Source: an uncultured Gemmatimonadales bacterium
GTDB lineage: Bacteria; Gemmatimonadota; Gemmatimonadetes; Longimicrobiales; Longimicrobiaceae
Reading direction: 5' to 3'
Length of the DNA stretch: 64,000 nucleotides
NCBI GenBank assembly: GCA_963716255.1
Contig: OY970303.1
Span: 4,672,001 to 4,736,000, forward strand
Every line of letters starts with the position of its first letter. Within the stretch, counting starts at the first letter, position 1. Under the pieces are notes generated by a model that saw nothing but the letters and a program-made list of their open reading frames with translations, did no database searches and was not told where the DNA came from. The position numbers were made by a program, and so were the translations under genes. Positions 38,376 through 47,690 of this stretch are shown here, in pieces.

Positions 38376-39533
38376 GTGAAGCTGCGCATCGTCGTCCTGG
38401 GCTACGTGGTGCGCGGGCCCATCGGGGGGATGGCGTGGCACCACCTCCAGTACGTGCTGGGGCTCCTCCGCCTGGGCCACGACGCCTGGTTCGTGGAGGA
38501 CAGCGACGACTATCCCGGCTGCTACGACCCGGCGCGCCACGTGGTGGACACCGATCCCTCGTACGGGCTGGCCTTCGCGGCGCGGGCCTTCCGGCGGCTG
38601 GGGATGGCGGAGCGCTGGGCGTACCACGACGCGCACGGCGGCGGATGGCGGGGGCCGGCGGCGGACCGCATCCGGGACGTCTGCCGGAGCGCCGACCTCG
38701 TCCTCAACCTGTCGGGCGTCAACCCTCTGCGGCCGTGGCTCGCGGAGGTGCCGCGGCGGGCGCTGGTGGACACCGACCCGGTCTTCACCCAGCTCCGCCA
38801 CCTCGCCGACGAGCGCGCGCGCGCCGCGGCCGCCCTGCACACGCACTTCTTTTCCTTCGGCGAGGGGATCGCGCGGGGGGGCGCGTGCGTGCCGGACGAC
38901 GGCTTCGCCTGGCGCCCCACGCGGCAGCCGGTGGTGCTGGACGCCTGGCTGGCGACGCCGGGGAGGCCGGAGGGGCGCTTCACCACCGTGATGCAGTGGG
39001 ACAGCTACCCCGCGCGCGAGCACGGCGGCCGGCGCTACGGGATGAAGAGCGAGTCGTTCGCCCCGTACCTGGACCTGCCGGCGCGCACCGGGCGGAGCTT
39101 GGAGATCGCCCTGGGCGGCGAGTCGGCGCCGCGCGGCCGGCTGCGCGCGCACGGCTGGCGGCTGCGCGACCCGCTCGTCGTGGCGCGCGACCCGTGGACG
39201 TACCAGCGGTACCTGCGGGACTCCATGGCCGAGTTCAGCGTGGCCAAGCACGGCTACGTGGCCGCGCGCAGCGGGTGGTTCAGCGAGCGCACCGCGGCGT
39301 ACCTGGCCAGCGGGCGACCGGCGCTGGTGCAGGACACCGGCTTCTCGGCGTGGCTGGAGACCGGCGCCGGCCTGCTCGCCTTCCGGTCGCCCGACGAGGC
39401 CGCGGCCGGCGTGGAGGAGATCGACCGCCGCTACGCCTTCCACTGCCGCGCCGCGCGCGAGACGGCCGAGCGCTGGTTCGATTCCGCCGCGGTGCTGGCG
39501 GAGCTGCTGGAGGGGACCGGAGGGGAGCCATGA
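38376..39533 (+). CDS. Putative GT-B glycosyltransferase-like protein, paralogue of 34370-35575
   Basis: GGMAW..LQY.LG...LGHD, DTDPVFTQ, EFSVAK, GWFSER...YLASGRP..VQDTG. Confidence 0.7.
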   Translation: MKLRIVVLGYVVRGPIGGMAWHHLQYVLGLLRLGHDAWFVEDSDDYPGCYDPARHVVDTDPSYGLAFAARAFRRLGMAERWAYHDAHGGGWRGPAADRIRDVCRSADLVLNLSGVNPLRPWLAEVPRRALVDTDPVFTQLRHLADERARAAAALHTHFFSFGEGIARGGACVPDDGFAWRPTRQPVVLDAWLATPGRPEGRFTTVMQWDSYPAREHGGRRYGMKSESFAPYLDLPARTGRSLEIALGGESAPRGRLRAHGWRLRDPLVVARDPWTYQRYLRDSMAEFSVAKHGYVAARSGWFSERTAAYLASGRPALVQDTGFSAWLETGAGLLAFRSPDEAAAGVEEIDRRYAFHCRAARETAERWFDSAAVLAELLEGTGGEP

Positions 39534-39589
39534 GACCGCTCTCGCTCGACCTGGTCGTCTGCACGTACGACAACGCGCCGCTCCTGGAC
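39523..39589 (+). repeat. 67-bp direct repeat (left), truncated 5' end of the GT2 gene
   Basis: Encodes MRPLSLDLVVCTYDNAPLLD; 4 mismatches to 44202-44268 by manual alignment. Confidence 0.9.
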
Positions 39590-40990
39590 GCGGTGGCGCA
39601 TCCGCGGGTGTCACAATGGCTCGGCCCATAGCGAATTGCAGGAGAGATCGCCTGCGCATCCCAATCCGCTCGATGGTGCGGATCCCTGTTGCGGGTACGT
39701 ATGATCGTTCATGATTAAGGCAGCGGCGTCTGACATGGAGCCCTCCCGACGCCGCAACTGCACAACTGGCAACATAGGAGAGAAAAGTTGGACGAGCACG
39801 CAGGTAAATCCCCCGAAATGGACATGCCTAAGTTGCCGGCCGGCGTTCGGCTCATGCGCACGCTGCGGGGACACACAGCCTTAATCAGGCGAATTGCCTG
39901 GTCCCGCGACGGGCGCACGCTTGCGTCTCCCTCGAGAGATGGGACAGTTCGGTTGTGGGACTTGGAAACAGGCGAGTGCCTTCACACGCTAGAAGGGCAC
40001 GGCAGCGAAGTCAACACAGTGGCGTTCGATCTGGTCGGACGCACCCTGGTCAGCGGGGGTGAAGACCACAACATCAGGCTCTGGGAGACGACCAGCGGTA
40101 ACTCGCTCGGTGTTCTGGAAGGGCACGCGGATGCCGTCATGAGCACTGCATTCGACCCGACAGCACGAACGCTCGCCAGTGGGAGCCTTGATAGAACCAT
40201 CAAGTTATGGGATTTGGAGGGCGGAAAGCTACTCCGCACTCTCAACAGCCATGAGCGGGTCTGGATCGTGGCATTCGATGCCGAAGGCTCGATACTGGCC
40301 AGCGGCGGCGCAGAACCGATGGTAACGCTTTGGGACGTGGCCAGCGGCCAGATAGCCCGCAGCCTTGAGCACCAACGTGGGTGGACCGTGAGCGTAGCTC
40401 ATCACCCGAAGGGAGGCATGCTGGCCAGTGTGGGAGACAGCGACGCACTGGTCAAATTGTGGGAGGTTCCGAGCGGGCGGCTGCTTCGCACACTCGAAGG
40501 GCACACTGATTTCGCACTTGGCGTCACGTTTTCGGTGAACGGATTGCTTCTAGCATCCCGCGGCGGTCAGGAAGTACGCCTTTGGCGGCCCGACACGGGG
40601 ACGTGCGTAGCGGTGATCCCGGAACAGTCCACGGATAGTGAGTACCCAGGCATCGCCTTTCACCCCCACCTTCCCATCCTCGCCACGGTTGGTTCGGATC
40701 CACATGCGTCGGAGGACGAACTCGCTAGCGTCATCCATCTTTGGGAACTCGACCTCGCTACGCTGCTGCACCAGCAGCCCACATCATCTACTTACCATTA
40801 CCTGAACGCGAAAGTCGTGCTGCTGGGCGACACCGGTGTGGGGAAGTCGGGCCTCAGCCTCGTGCTCAACGGGCAGCCGTTCGCCGCGACCGACTCCACG
40901 CCGGGGCGGAAGGTCTGGACCCTTCGGTCGCAGGTAGTGGAGCTGAACGACCATCGCAAGCAGACCCGCGAGACGCTGCTCTGGGACCTA

Positions 40991-42183
40991 GTGGATCACC
41001 CCGGCTGAGGTGATGGGTATCGGGAGGAGAACTTCTCCCGAGCCTTGGCGGTTGTGAAACGCCACTGAATCGTGGCCTTGCTGCCGTTGCGGTCGCGGCA
41101 CCAGACGGCGGTTTCACGCTGCACGACTTCCATGCTGGGCAGGCGCCGGTCCAAGCATTGAGTGCCGAGCACGGAGAACTCCACCTCGGCCATGTTCAAC
41201 CAGCTTGCATGCTTGGGCGTGTGGTGCAACTCCAGGCGCTTTGCGATCCGGCTTGCTTCCTCGGGCGCGAACGCCTGGTAGAGCGAGGCCGGCGTGTGCG
41301 TGTTCAGGTTGTCCAGCACCACGCGGACCTTCTCCGCCTCCGGAAAATGCACGTCCACCAGATCCCGCATGCAGTGGGCGAAGTCGATCGCGGTGCGCCG
41401 CTGCGTGACCTTGACCTCTCGCCAGGCGGTGTCGGGGCTGAAGAAGAGGAAGAGGTTGCACGTGCCTTCGCGCCGGTACTCGTAGTCGAACCGCTCGGCC
41501 TGCCCCGGTCGCGCCGGCAGCGGCATGCGCACCTCGGACAGAAGTTGCAGAGGCATCTCGTCAAAGGCCACACGCGGCCGCTTCGGGTCGTTCGGCTCTG
41601 CATACAGGTCGAGCACGTCCTCCATCCGCCAGACGAATTCGGCCGTGATCTCCGGGATCAGCCACTGCTGGCGCTGCCACGGCTTCGTCTTGCTTTTTTG
41701 AGCGTGCGGCGCACCGTCTCATCCGAGATCGAGTCCACCGCCCCCAGTTCCACCAGCCGGTCCGCGAGCATCTGCATGCTCCAGCGGGCGCGCCCACCAG
41801 GCACGTCGCTGCAGGCCAGCGCCAGGAGCAGGGCCTCCGCTTTGCCTGTCAGCTTCGGCGGCATCGGCGGGCGGGGTTTCTCTGAGAGAGCCGCCTCCAG
41901 CCCTTCTTCCACGAAGCGCTTGCGGATGCGCTCCACCGTAGCGACCCCGACGCCCACGCCCGCGACGATCTGCTCGTCCGTGGCACCCTCGTCGGAGCGC
42001 AGCACCACCAGAGCGCGTTTGATCCGCCGCGCGCTTGCCTTCCCCTTGCGCGTGAGCACAAGCAGATCGCTGCGCTCCTGCTCCGTCAGCTTCACCTTGT
42101 ACCGCTTCGTCATCCTTCGGCTCCTGTACAACTGCGTACCCAAAGCCGAAGGATACCCCATCAACTCACTCGTGGTGCCCCAC
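40991..42183 (-). mobile_element. IS630-family insertion sequence
   Basis: TA duplication at 40989-40990 and 42184-42185 (target CTAG); imperfect terminal IR GTGGATCACCCCG / GTGGGGCACCACG; transposase inside. Confidence 0.93.
40996..42113 (-). CDS. IS630 transposase, two frames joined by a -1 shift
   Basis: HTH part MTKRYKV...SDETVRRTLKK, A6 run at 41694-41699, then KPWQRQQWLIP...MEDVLDLY with DE, DNLNTH and SWLNMAE motifs. Confidence 0.92.
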
Positions 42184-44201
42184 TAGCCGGACAGCCGGGC
42201 TACCGCGTGATCCATCAACTGCACCTGAACGAAGTGGCTGTGGCACTGGTGGTATTCGACGCGCGCAGCGAGATCGATCCACTGGCGGGCGTGCGCCACT
42301 GGGAACGTGCGTTGCGGCTCGCGCAGCAACGTCAAGGACCGTCTGCGGTGCCCATGAACAAGTTCCTGGTCTCGGCCCGCGTGGACCGCGGCACCGTCTC
42401 GGTTAGCAAGGAGCGGCTGGAGTCCATTCTCAAGGACTTCGGGTTCGCCGGGTATTTCGAGACCAGTGCTAAGGAGGGACGGCAGATCGAGGAACTGCGG
42501 AGGGCGATTGAGGAGGCGATCCCATGGGATGTTCTTCCCGAGGTCTCGTCGTCGATCCTGTTCGCCGAGATCAAGTCCTTCCTGCTGGACGTCAAGAAGA
42601 TCGGCCGGCTCGTCGCGCCTGCGGGCCAGCTCTACGACGAGTTCGTTCGAGCGAATCCGGGCGTGGCCGCGAGCGAGCCGAACCTGCGTGGCCAGTTCGA
42701 CACCTGCATCGGCCGGCTAGAGAACCGTGACCTGATTCGGCGCCTCAGCTTCGGCGGCTATGTGCTGCTGCAGCCGGAACTGCTGGATGCTTACGCCTCG
42801 GCTATGGTCAACGCGGCTAAGGAAGAGCCGGACGGACTGGGCTCTCTCGCGGAAGATGCGGCGCTTGCTGGCCAGTTCTACGTGCCCAGCGAGCAGAAGG
42901 TCGAAGAGCGCGGGCAAGAACAGTTGCTCCTGCATGCGACGGTGGAGGAACTGGTGCGGCACGACCTGGCCCTCCGCGAGAGCGCCGCCGACGGCGGCTA
43001 CCTGGTCTTCCCATCGCAGTTCAACCGCGACTACGAAGATGCGCCGGAACCCAGGGGCAAGGCGCTGGCCGTGACGTTCGAGGGCCCTGCGCAGAGTCTC
43101 TACTCGACGCTGACCGTGCGGCTCGGCCACAGCGGGCTGTTCAGAACCGGGCGGTCCGAGATGTGGCGCAACGCGGCGGTCTTCACCGCGATGGCTGGCG
43201 GCAAGTGCGGACTGTATCTGCACGAGTTCTCTGAAGCCCGTGGGCGGCTGGTGATCTTCTACGACCAGCACGAGGGGCTCGCTCCGAGCGACGAGACGCG
43301 ATTCCACTTCGAAGCGTTCGTGCTGTCCCACACCCGACGCCGCGCGCTGGAGGGGACGGTGGAACCGGTGCGGTTCTTCGTCTGCTCCCACTGTGGTGAC
43401 CCGGTACCGGACAGCTATGTCAAGCGCCTTCGCGAGCGCGGCCTGATCACCTTCGGTTGCCCCTGCGGCGAATCGGTCTCCCTGGCGGAGCCGAAAGAGC
43501 GGCTGCGGTTCGTATCGAAGGTGCAGGCCATGGAGCAGTCCGCCGACCGGTACAGGGCCTTCGAGATGTTCGTCGAATCCGCGCGCGGTGAGACCAATAC
43601 CGCGCGGTTCGCGGCATGGGCAGGGGACGAGCGCGTCACGCTAGCGATCGTGTTCACCGACATCGTCGGTTCGACCGCGCTGGGAGAAGAGCTCAAGGAC
43701 GATCGTATGAACGAGGTGCGGCGCGCGCACTTCGCGCGGAGCCGCATGCTGATCGACCAGTACAAGGGGCGCGAGATCAAGACCATCGGCGACAGCTTCA
43801 TGGCGGCGTTCCGCTCGGTGGAAAAAGCATTGGACTATGCCGCGGCTTTGCAGGCCGATCCCGGCCACGAGCACGTGAAGATCCGCGCTGGTATTCACAT
43901 CGGCCCGATGCAGGTGGAGGAAGACGATGTGTTCGGCGGAGCCGTGAATTTTGCCGCCCGTGTGGTGGGCGCAATCAAGGGAGCGGAAATCTGGCTGAGC
44001 GACCGTGCTATGGAACACCTGGACAACAGCGGTGCGAGGCAGCACTCACACCTAGTCTGGGAGAGACATGATGGCGTGCAGATGAAGGGCTTCACCGGCA
44101 CCTTCACCCTCTGGTCGCTGAGCAGGTGAAGCGCACGAGGCGGCGCAGCTCGCGCCGGGAGTCTGCGGAGGGGCCCTGTGTGGAGCCCGAGTGCACATGA
44201 C

Positions 44202-44268
44202 GGGAGCCATGACCCCACTCTCGCTCGACCTCGTCGTCTGCACGTACGACAACGCGCCGCTCCTGGAC
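44202..44268 (+). repeat. 67-bp direct repeat (right), 5' end of the intact GT2 gene
   Basis: Encodes MTPLSLDLVVCTYDNAPLLD; matches 39523-39589. Confidence 0.9.
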
Positions 44269-45216
44269 CGGACGCTGGAGGCGATCTCGCGGCTGCGCGT
44301 CCCGTCGGAGGTGCGGTGCCGGGCGCTGGTGGTGGACAACAACTGCGCCGACGACACGCCGGAGGTGGTGGAGCGGTGGCGGGCGTCGTTCCCGCTGCCG
44401 CTCGCGCGGGTGCGCGAGCCCGTGCAGGGGCTCACCCCGGCGCGCCTGCGCGGCGTCCAGGAGACCGGCGGGGAGTGGATCGCGTTTGTGGACGACGACT
44501 GCCTGCTGGCGGAGGACTGGGTGGAGCAGGTGGCACGCTTCGCGGCGGAGCACCCGGCGTGCGGCGCCTTCGGCGGCAGGGTGGTCCCCGAGTGGGAAGC
44601 GGAGCCGCCGCCGTACGTGCTGGAGCACCGCTACGCGTACGCCGCCAAGGAGCACGGCGACACGGCCCACCGGCGGCAGTGGCTGGCGGGGGCGGGGATG
44701 GTGGTGCGCAGGGCCGCGCTGGAAGCGTGCGGCTGGACCGGGCGGCAGTTCCTGGAGGACCGCGTGGGCGGCCGGCTGGTCTCGGGCGGCGACGTGGAGA
44801 TCGGGCTGCGGATCGCGGCGCGGCACGAGGTCTGGTACGTCCCGGCGTGCACGCTGCGGCACGTCATCCCCGCGCGGCGCATGACGCGGCCGTACCTGCG
44901 GCGCATCACCTTCGGCCTGGGCGCCAGCCGGCACCACGCCGCCGCGCTGACGTGGAAGGGGTCGTACGCCGGCTGGCTCCTGTACTCGCTCGCCGGCTCG
45001 CTGGGGTTCCTGGCGATGGGCATGGGCCGGGTCGCCCGCGAGCTCGTCCACCCGCGCGCGGGCATCGATCCGGCGCTCGCGTTCAGCCCGCTCCTGGGCT
45101 GGTGGGCGGCGATGGGGGCGATGCTGCGGATGGACGCGGGCGAGCGGCGCCGGCTCCTGGGCGGCGCCGCGGCGCCACCGCCCCGAACCGAGCGCAGTGG
45201 GTCTGCCGTCGCGTGA
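44209..45216 (+). CDS. GT2 glycosyltransferase
   Basis: VVCTYD, VVDNNCAD, GLTPAR, FVDDD, SGGDVE; stop codon lies inside structured element copy 5. Confidence 0.88.
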   Translation: MTPLSLDLVVCTYDNAPLLDRTLEAISRLRVPSEVRCRALVVDNNCADDTPEVVERWRASFPLPLARVREPVQGLTPARLRGVQETGGEWIAFVDDDCLLAEDWVEQVARFAAEHPACGAFGGRVVPEWEAEPPPYVLEHRYAYAAKEHGDTAHRRQWLAGAGMVVRRAALEACGWTGRQFLEDRVGGRLVSGGDVEIGLRIAARHEVWYVPACTLRHVIPARRMTRPYLRRITFGLGASRHHAAALTWKGSYAGWLLYSLAGSLGFLAMGMGRVARELVHPRAGIDPALAFSPLLGWWAAMGAMLRMDAGERRRLLGGAAAPPPRTERSGSAVA

Positions 45217-45340
45217 GGGATTTCGGCCCGAAGGGGCGAGACCCGACGGCAGTATCGTCGGGGCTCGACTCCGTTGCAGACGGTCGTTTCGTCTGCTACG
45301 GAGCCGCAGCCCGACCCCGGCGCCAGCCGGGGGCACGCCC
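45211..45340 (+). ncRNA. Structured dispersed element, copy 5
   Basis: CCCGACG-GCAGTAT-CGTCGGG and CTCCGT-T-GCAGACG-GTCGTTT-CGTCTGC-T-ACGGAG within the conserved frame. Confidence 0.6.
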
Positions 45341-45397
45341 CAACCCTGCCGTTCAACTCGCTTCAACCGCATCCGGGGTGAGGCCCGGGGCGCGAGG

Positions 45398-46534
45398 CTA
45401 CGCGTCCCGGTCTCCGGACGCGGCCTCCAGCGCACGCCGCCGCCGGAGCTCCTCGTGGAACGCCGCCCCCTCGGCCGCGATGGCGTCGTCCATCCACTCG
45501 CCGGCGAAGCGGTGCAGCTCGGCGTCCAGCGCATTGCGGGCGCGGATGGCCTCCACGGTGGAGCGGGGGAGGGAATCGGTGGGGCGGCGGGCGGGGTTCA
45601 CGTTGCGCGGGTAGGAGGCGACTTCGCGGGTCCACCCCAGCCGGCGGTCGAGCAGGGCCAGCGTCTCGTCGAACCGCTCGGTGACGCCCACGACGGCAAA
45701 GTGCCTACGCAGGTTGTCCTTCGCGGCGTCCAGCATCGCGTCCGTGCACCCGCCGATCTCCGGGTCGGCGCCGGCGATGCGGCGCACCTGGTCGTTGTCG
45801 GCCTCCCGGAACGGCGGCGACGCCGCGAACTCCTCCAGGCTCATCCGCTCTTCCTGCTGGAGGTAGTGGTAGAGCGACACCACGCGCTCCACCGGGTCGC
45901 GCAGCAGCGTCACGTACGTCCACGGCCGCCCCACGTGCTCGTGCAGCCCGAACCAGAAGTGGCCGACCACGGCCCGCAGGTCGCCGCGGCCCAGCGCCGG
46001 GAGGATGTACCCGGGCACCCGCAGGCCGGGCTCCTTGAAGAAGCCGTAGGGGAGGAAGAGGACGCCGGCGTTCAGCAGCCCCTCGTCCTGGTCCCGCGGG
46101 CCGCGGCACTGGTTGTAGACGTACTCGCCCAGCGTGGTGCCCCCCGCCTTGGGGACGTGGAGGAAGAGTACGGTGGGCGCGGAGGGCGCCTCGTCCGCCG
46201 GGCCGCGGTCCCCCTCGCCCGCGTCCGCCGCGGGCTCGGCCCCGCCGGCGGAGGGCCGCGGGCGGAGGGCGGTGCGCGCCACGCGAGGCAGCCACCCCGC
46301 GAACGGCATGGCGATCAGCGGAAGGCGGCTGTCCAGCTTCAGCGAGTCCTCTTCCACGTCCACGGTGCCGCTCATCCCGATCCCCTGCACGGAGAGCGAG
46401 AAGGTGAGCGTGCTCCCGTCCCAGGAGCCCTTCAGGTCGGAGAAGCCGCGGGCCCATTCCACGGTCGCCCTGAGCCGCGCCACCGCTTCCGCCCGTCCGA
46501 GGTCGTGCGCCACTTCCGTCCGGTACCGGGGCAT
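45398..46534 (-). CDS. Sulfotransferase (Sulfotransfer_2-like) with N-terminal PHA_gran_rgn-like domain
   Basis: FLHVPKAGGTT and LLRDPVERVVSLY PAPS-binding motifs; N-terminal H.LG..EA..RL...W.G..L.F...G.V.V pattern. Confidence 0.75.
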   Translation of the reverse strand: MPRYRTEVAHDLGRAEAVARLRATVEWARGFSDLKGSWDGSTLTFSLSVQGIGMSGTVDVEEDSLKLDSRLPLIAMPFAGWLPRVARTALRPRPSAGGAEPAADAGEGDRGPADEAPSAPTVLFLHVPKAGGTTLGEYVYNQCRGPRDQDEGLLNAGVLFLPYGFFKEPGLRVPGYILPALGRGDLRAVVGHFWFGLHEHVGRPWTYVTLLRDPVERVVSLYHYLQQEERMSLEEFAASPPFREADNDQVRRIAGADPEIGGCTDAMLDAAKDNLRRHFAVVGVTERFDETLALLDRRLGWTREVASYPRNVNPARRPTDSLPRSTVEAIRARNALDAELHRFAGEWMDDAIAAEGAAFHEELRRRRALEAASGDRDA

Positions 46535-46706
46535 CGTCCCAAGTGGGTGGAGGGTGGGGAGCGCCGGGCATGATCGCCCGCGGAGGGCCCGGATCGTCTA
46601 CGATACCTGTCCCCTCGCCGCCGGAACAGGAGCAATGTGGCCGCGCGCCGGGGGCACGCCCGACCCGCCGTGGCGCGCCCGAGACCCGCGGAATCCGCGC
46701 CTGCCG

Positions 46707-47498
46707 TCACACGTCGAACTCGGGAAAGATCTCCAGCAGCAGCCGCTCCCTGCGGCGGACGCGGTCCCTGAGCTCGGGCGTGTAGTAGCGCTCCCACCGC
46801 TGGTCGTCGCTGCGTCCCTTGCCGGGGAGCACCTTGCCCATCTCCAGGACGAACCCGGCGTCCTCCGGCCGGTAGCCCTGGTCCAGGAGGAAGGCGTGCA
46901 GCCCTTCCCGCAGGCGGTCGGTGCGGACGAAGTGGACGCGGGGCATGGCTTCGCGGCGCGCCTCCGGGTCGCGCAGCACGGGGTCGGGCCAGGCGCGGGC
47001 CCGCTCGGGATCGCGGAAGTAGAAGCGGATGAACTGGCGCGTCCACGCGCCCCGGCCCTCGCCGCCGCCGCCCTCGCCGTCCGGGTCGCCCATCGCGGCG
47101 TCCCACAGCTCCACGAACTCCGGGAACGAGAGGTCGGGAAAGCGGGGAAAGCGGCGCCGGAAGCCGGGAGCGGCGGCGAGGTGGCGCCGCATCGCGCGGC
47201 GGCGCCACCAGCCGAACTCGTACTGCGACACGTACATCTCGTACGGGCCGCGCACCGTGGCCAGCACGGGCTTTTCCCGGTGCTGCGGCGGCACCTGGCT
47301 GCACGTGCCGTGCTTGAGGTTGTGGTAGGTGAAGCTCCCGTAGCGCGCGCTCGTCCGGGTCGCGTGTCCCCGCAGCATCGCCTCCAGCCGCATTCGCCGC
47401 GACCACTCCAGCCCGTACAGCCGCAGGAGCGCCGCGGTGACGAAGCTGCCGCCGGTCTTGGGCTCGTGCACGTAGACGAAGCGGTCGGTGAAGATCAT
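46707..47498 (-). CDS. Sulfotransferase-like protein
   Basis: MIFTDRFVYVHEPKTGGSF, TVRGPYEMYVSQY, terminal YYTPEL...V...E. Confidence 0.72.
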   Translation of the reverse strand: MIFTDRFVYVHEPKTGGSFVTAALLRLYGLEWSRRMRLEAMLRGHATRTSARYGSFTYHNLKHGTCSQVPPQHREKPVLATVRGPYEMYVSQYEFGWWRRRAMRRHLAAAPGFRRRFPRFPDLSFPEFVELWDAAMGDPDGEGGGGEGRGAWTRQFIRFYFRDPERARAWPDPVLRDPEARREAMPRVHFVRTDRLREGLHAFLLDQGYRPEDAGFVLEMGKVLPGKGRSDDQRWERYYTPELRDRVRRRERLLLEIFPEFDV

Positions 47499-47690
47499 GG
47501 CGGAGCGGGAGCGAAGGCGAGGACGGCGCGGCGGCCCATGCATGGCAAGATGCCGCCGCGGCCGCGGGAACCGCAACGATGCCGGTGGGCGAGCCACGTT
47601 GACACGCCGGCCGCGCGGCCGCACCCTCCACGCGCGCGGAGCGCGCTTCCGCGCATTCCACGAACCCCCTCCCGAACCCCCCCGCCCCGG

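Larger units (their letters stand above)
39788..44129 (+). pseudogene. WD40-Roc-COR-Zn ribbon-class III adenylate cyclase, interrupted by IS630
   Basis: 39788-40990: WD40 repeats and P-loop GDTGVGKS; 42186-44129: rest of Roc, COR-like region, CSHC/CPC, cyclase motifs FTDIVGST, KTIGD, GIHIG, VNFAAR. Removing the IS and one TA gives in-frame WDLAGQPGYR. Confidence 0.88.

Noticed and set aside
41658..41700. Frameshift in the IS630 transposase as pseudogenisation
   Set aside because: A -1 shift at an A-run between HTH and DDE parts is usual in this family.
43620..44129. Pycsar-type pyrimidine cyclase
   Set aside because: Retains the Lys/Asp pair typical of adenylate cyclases and has no adjacent effector gene.
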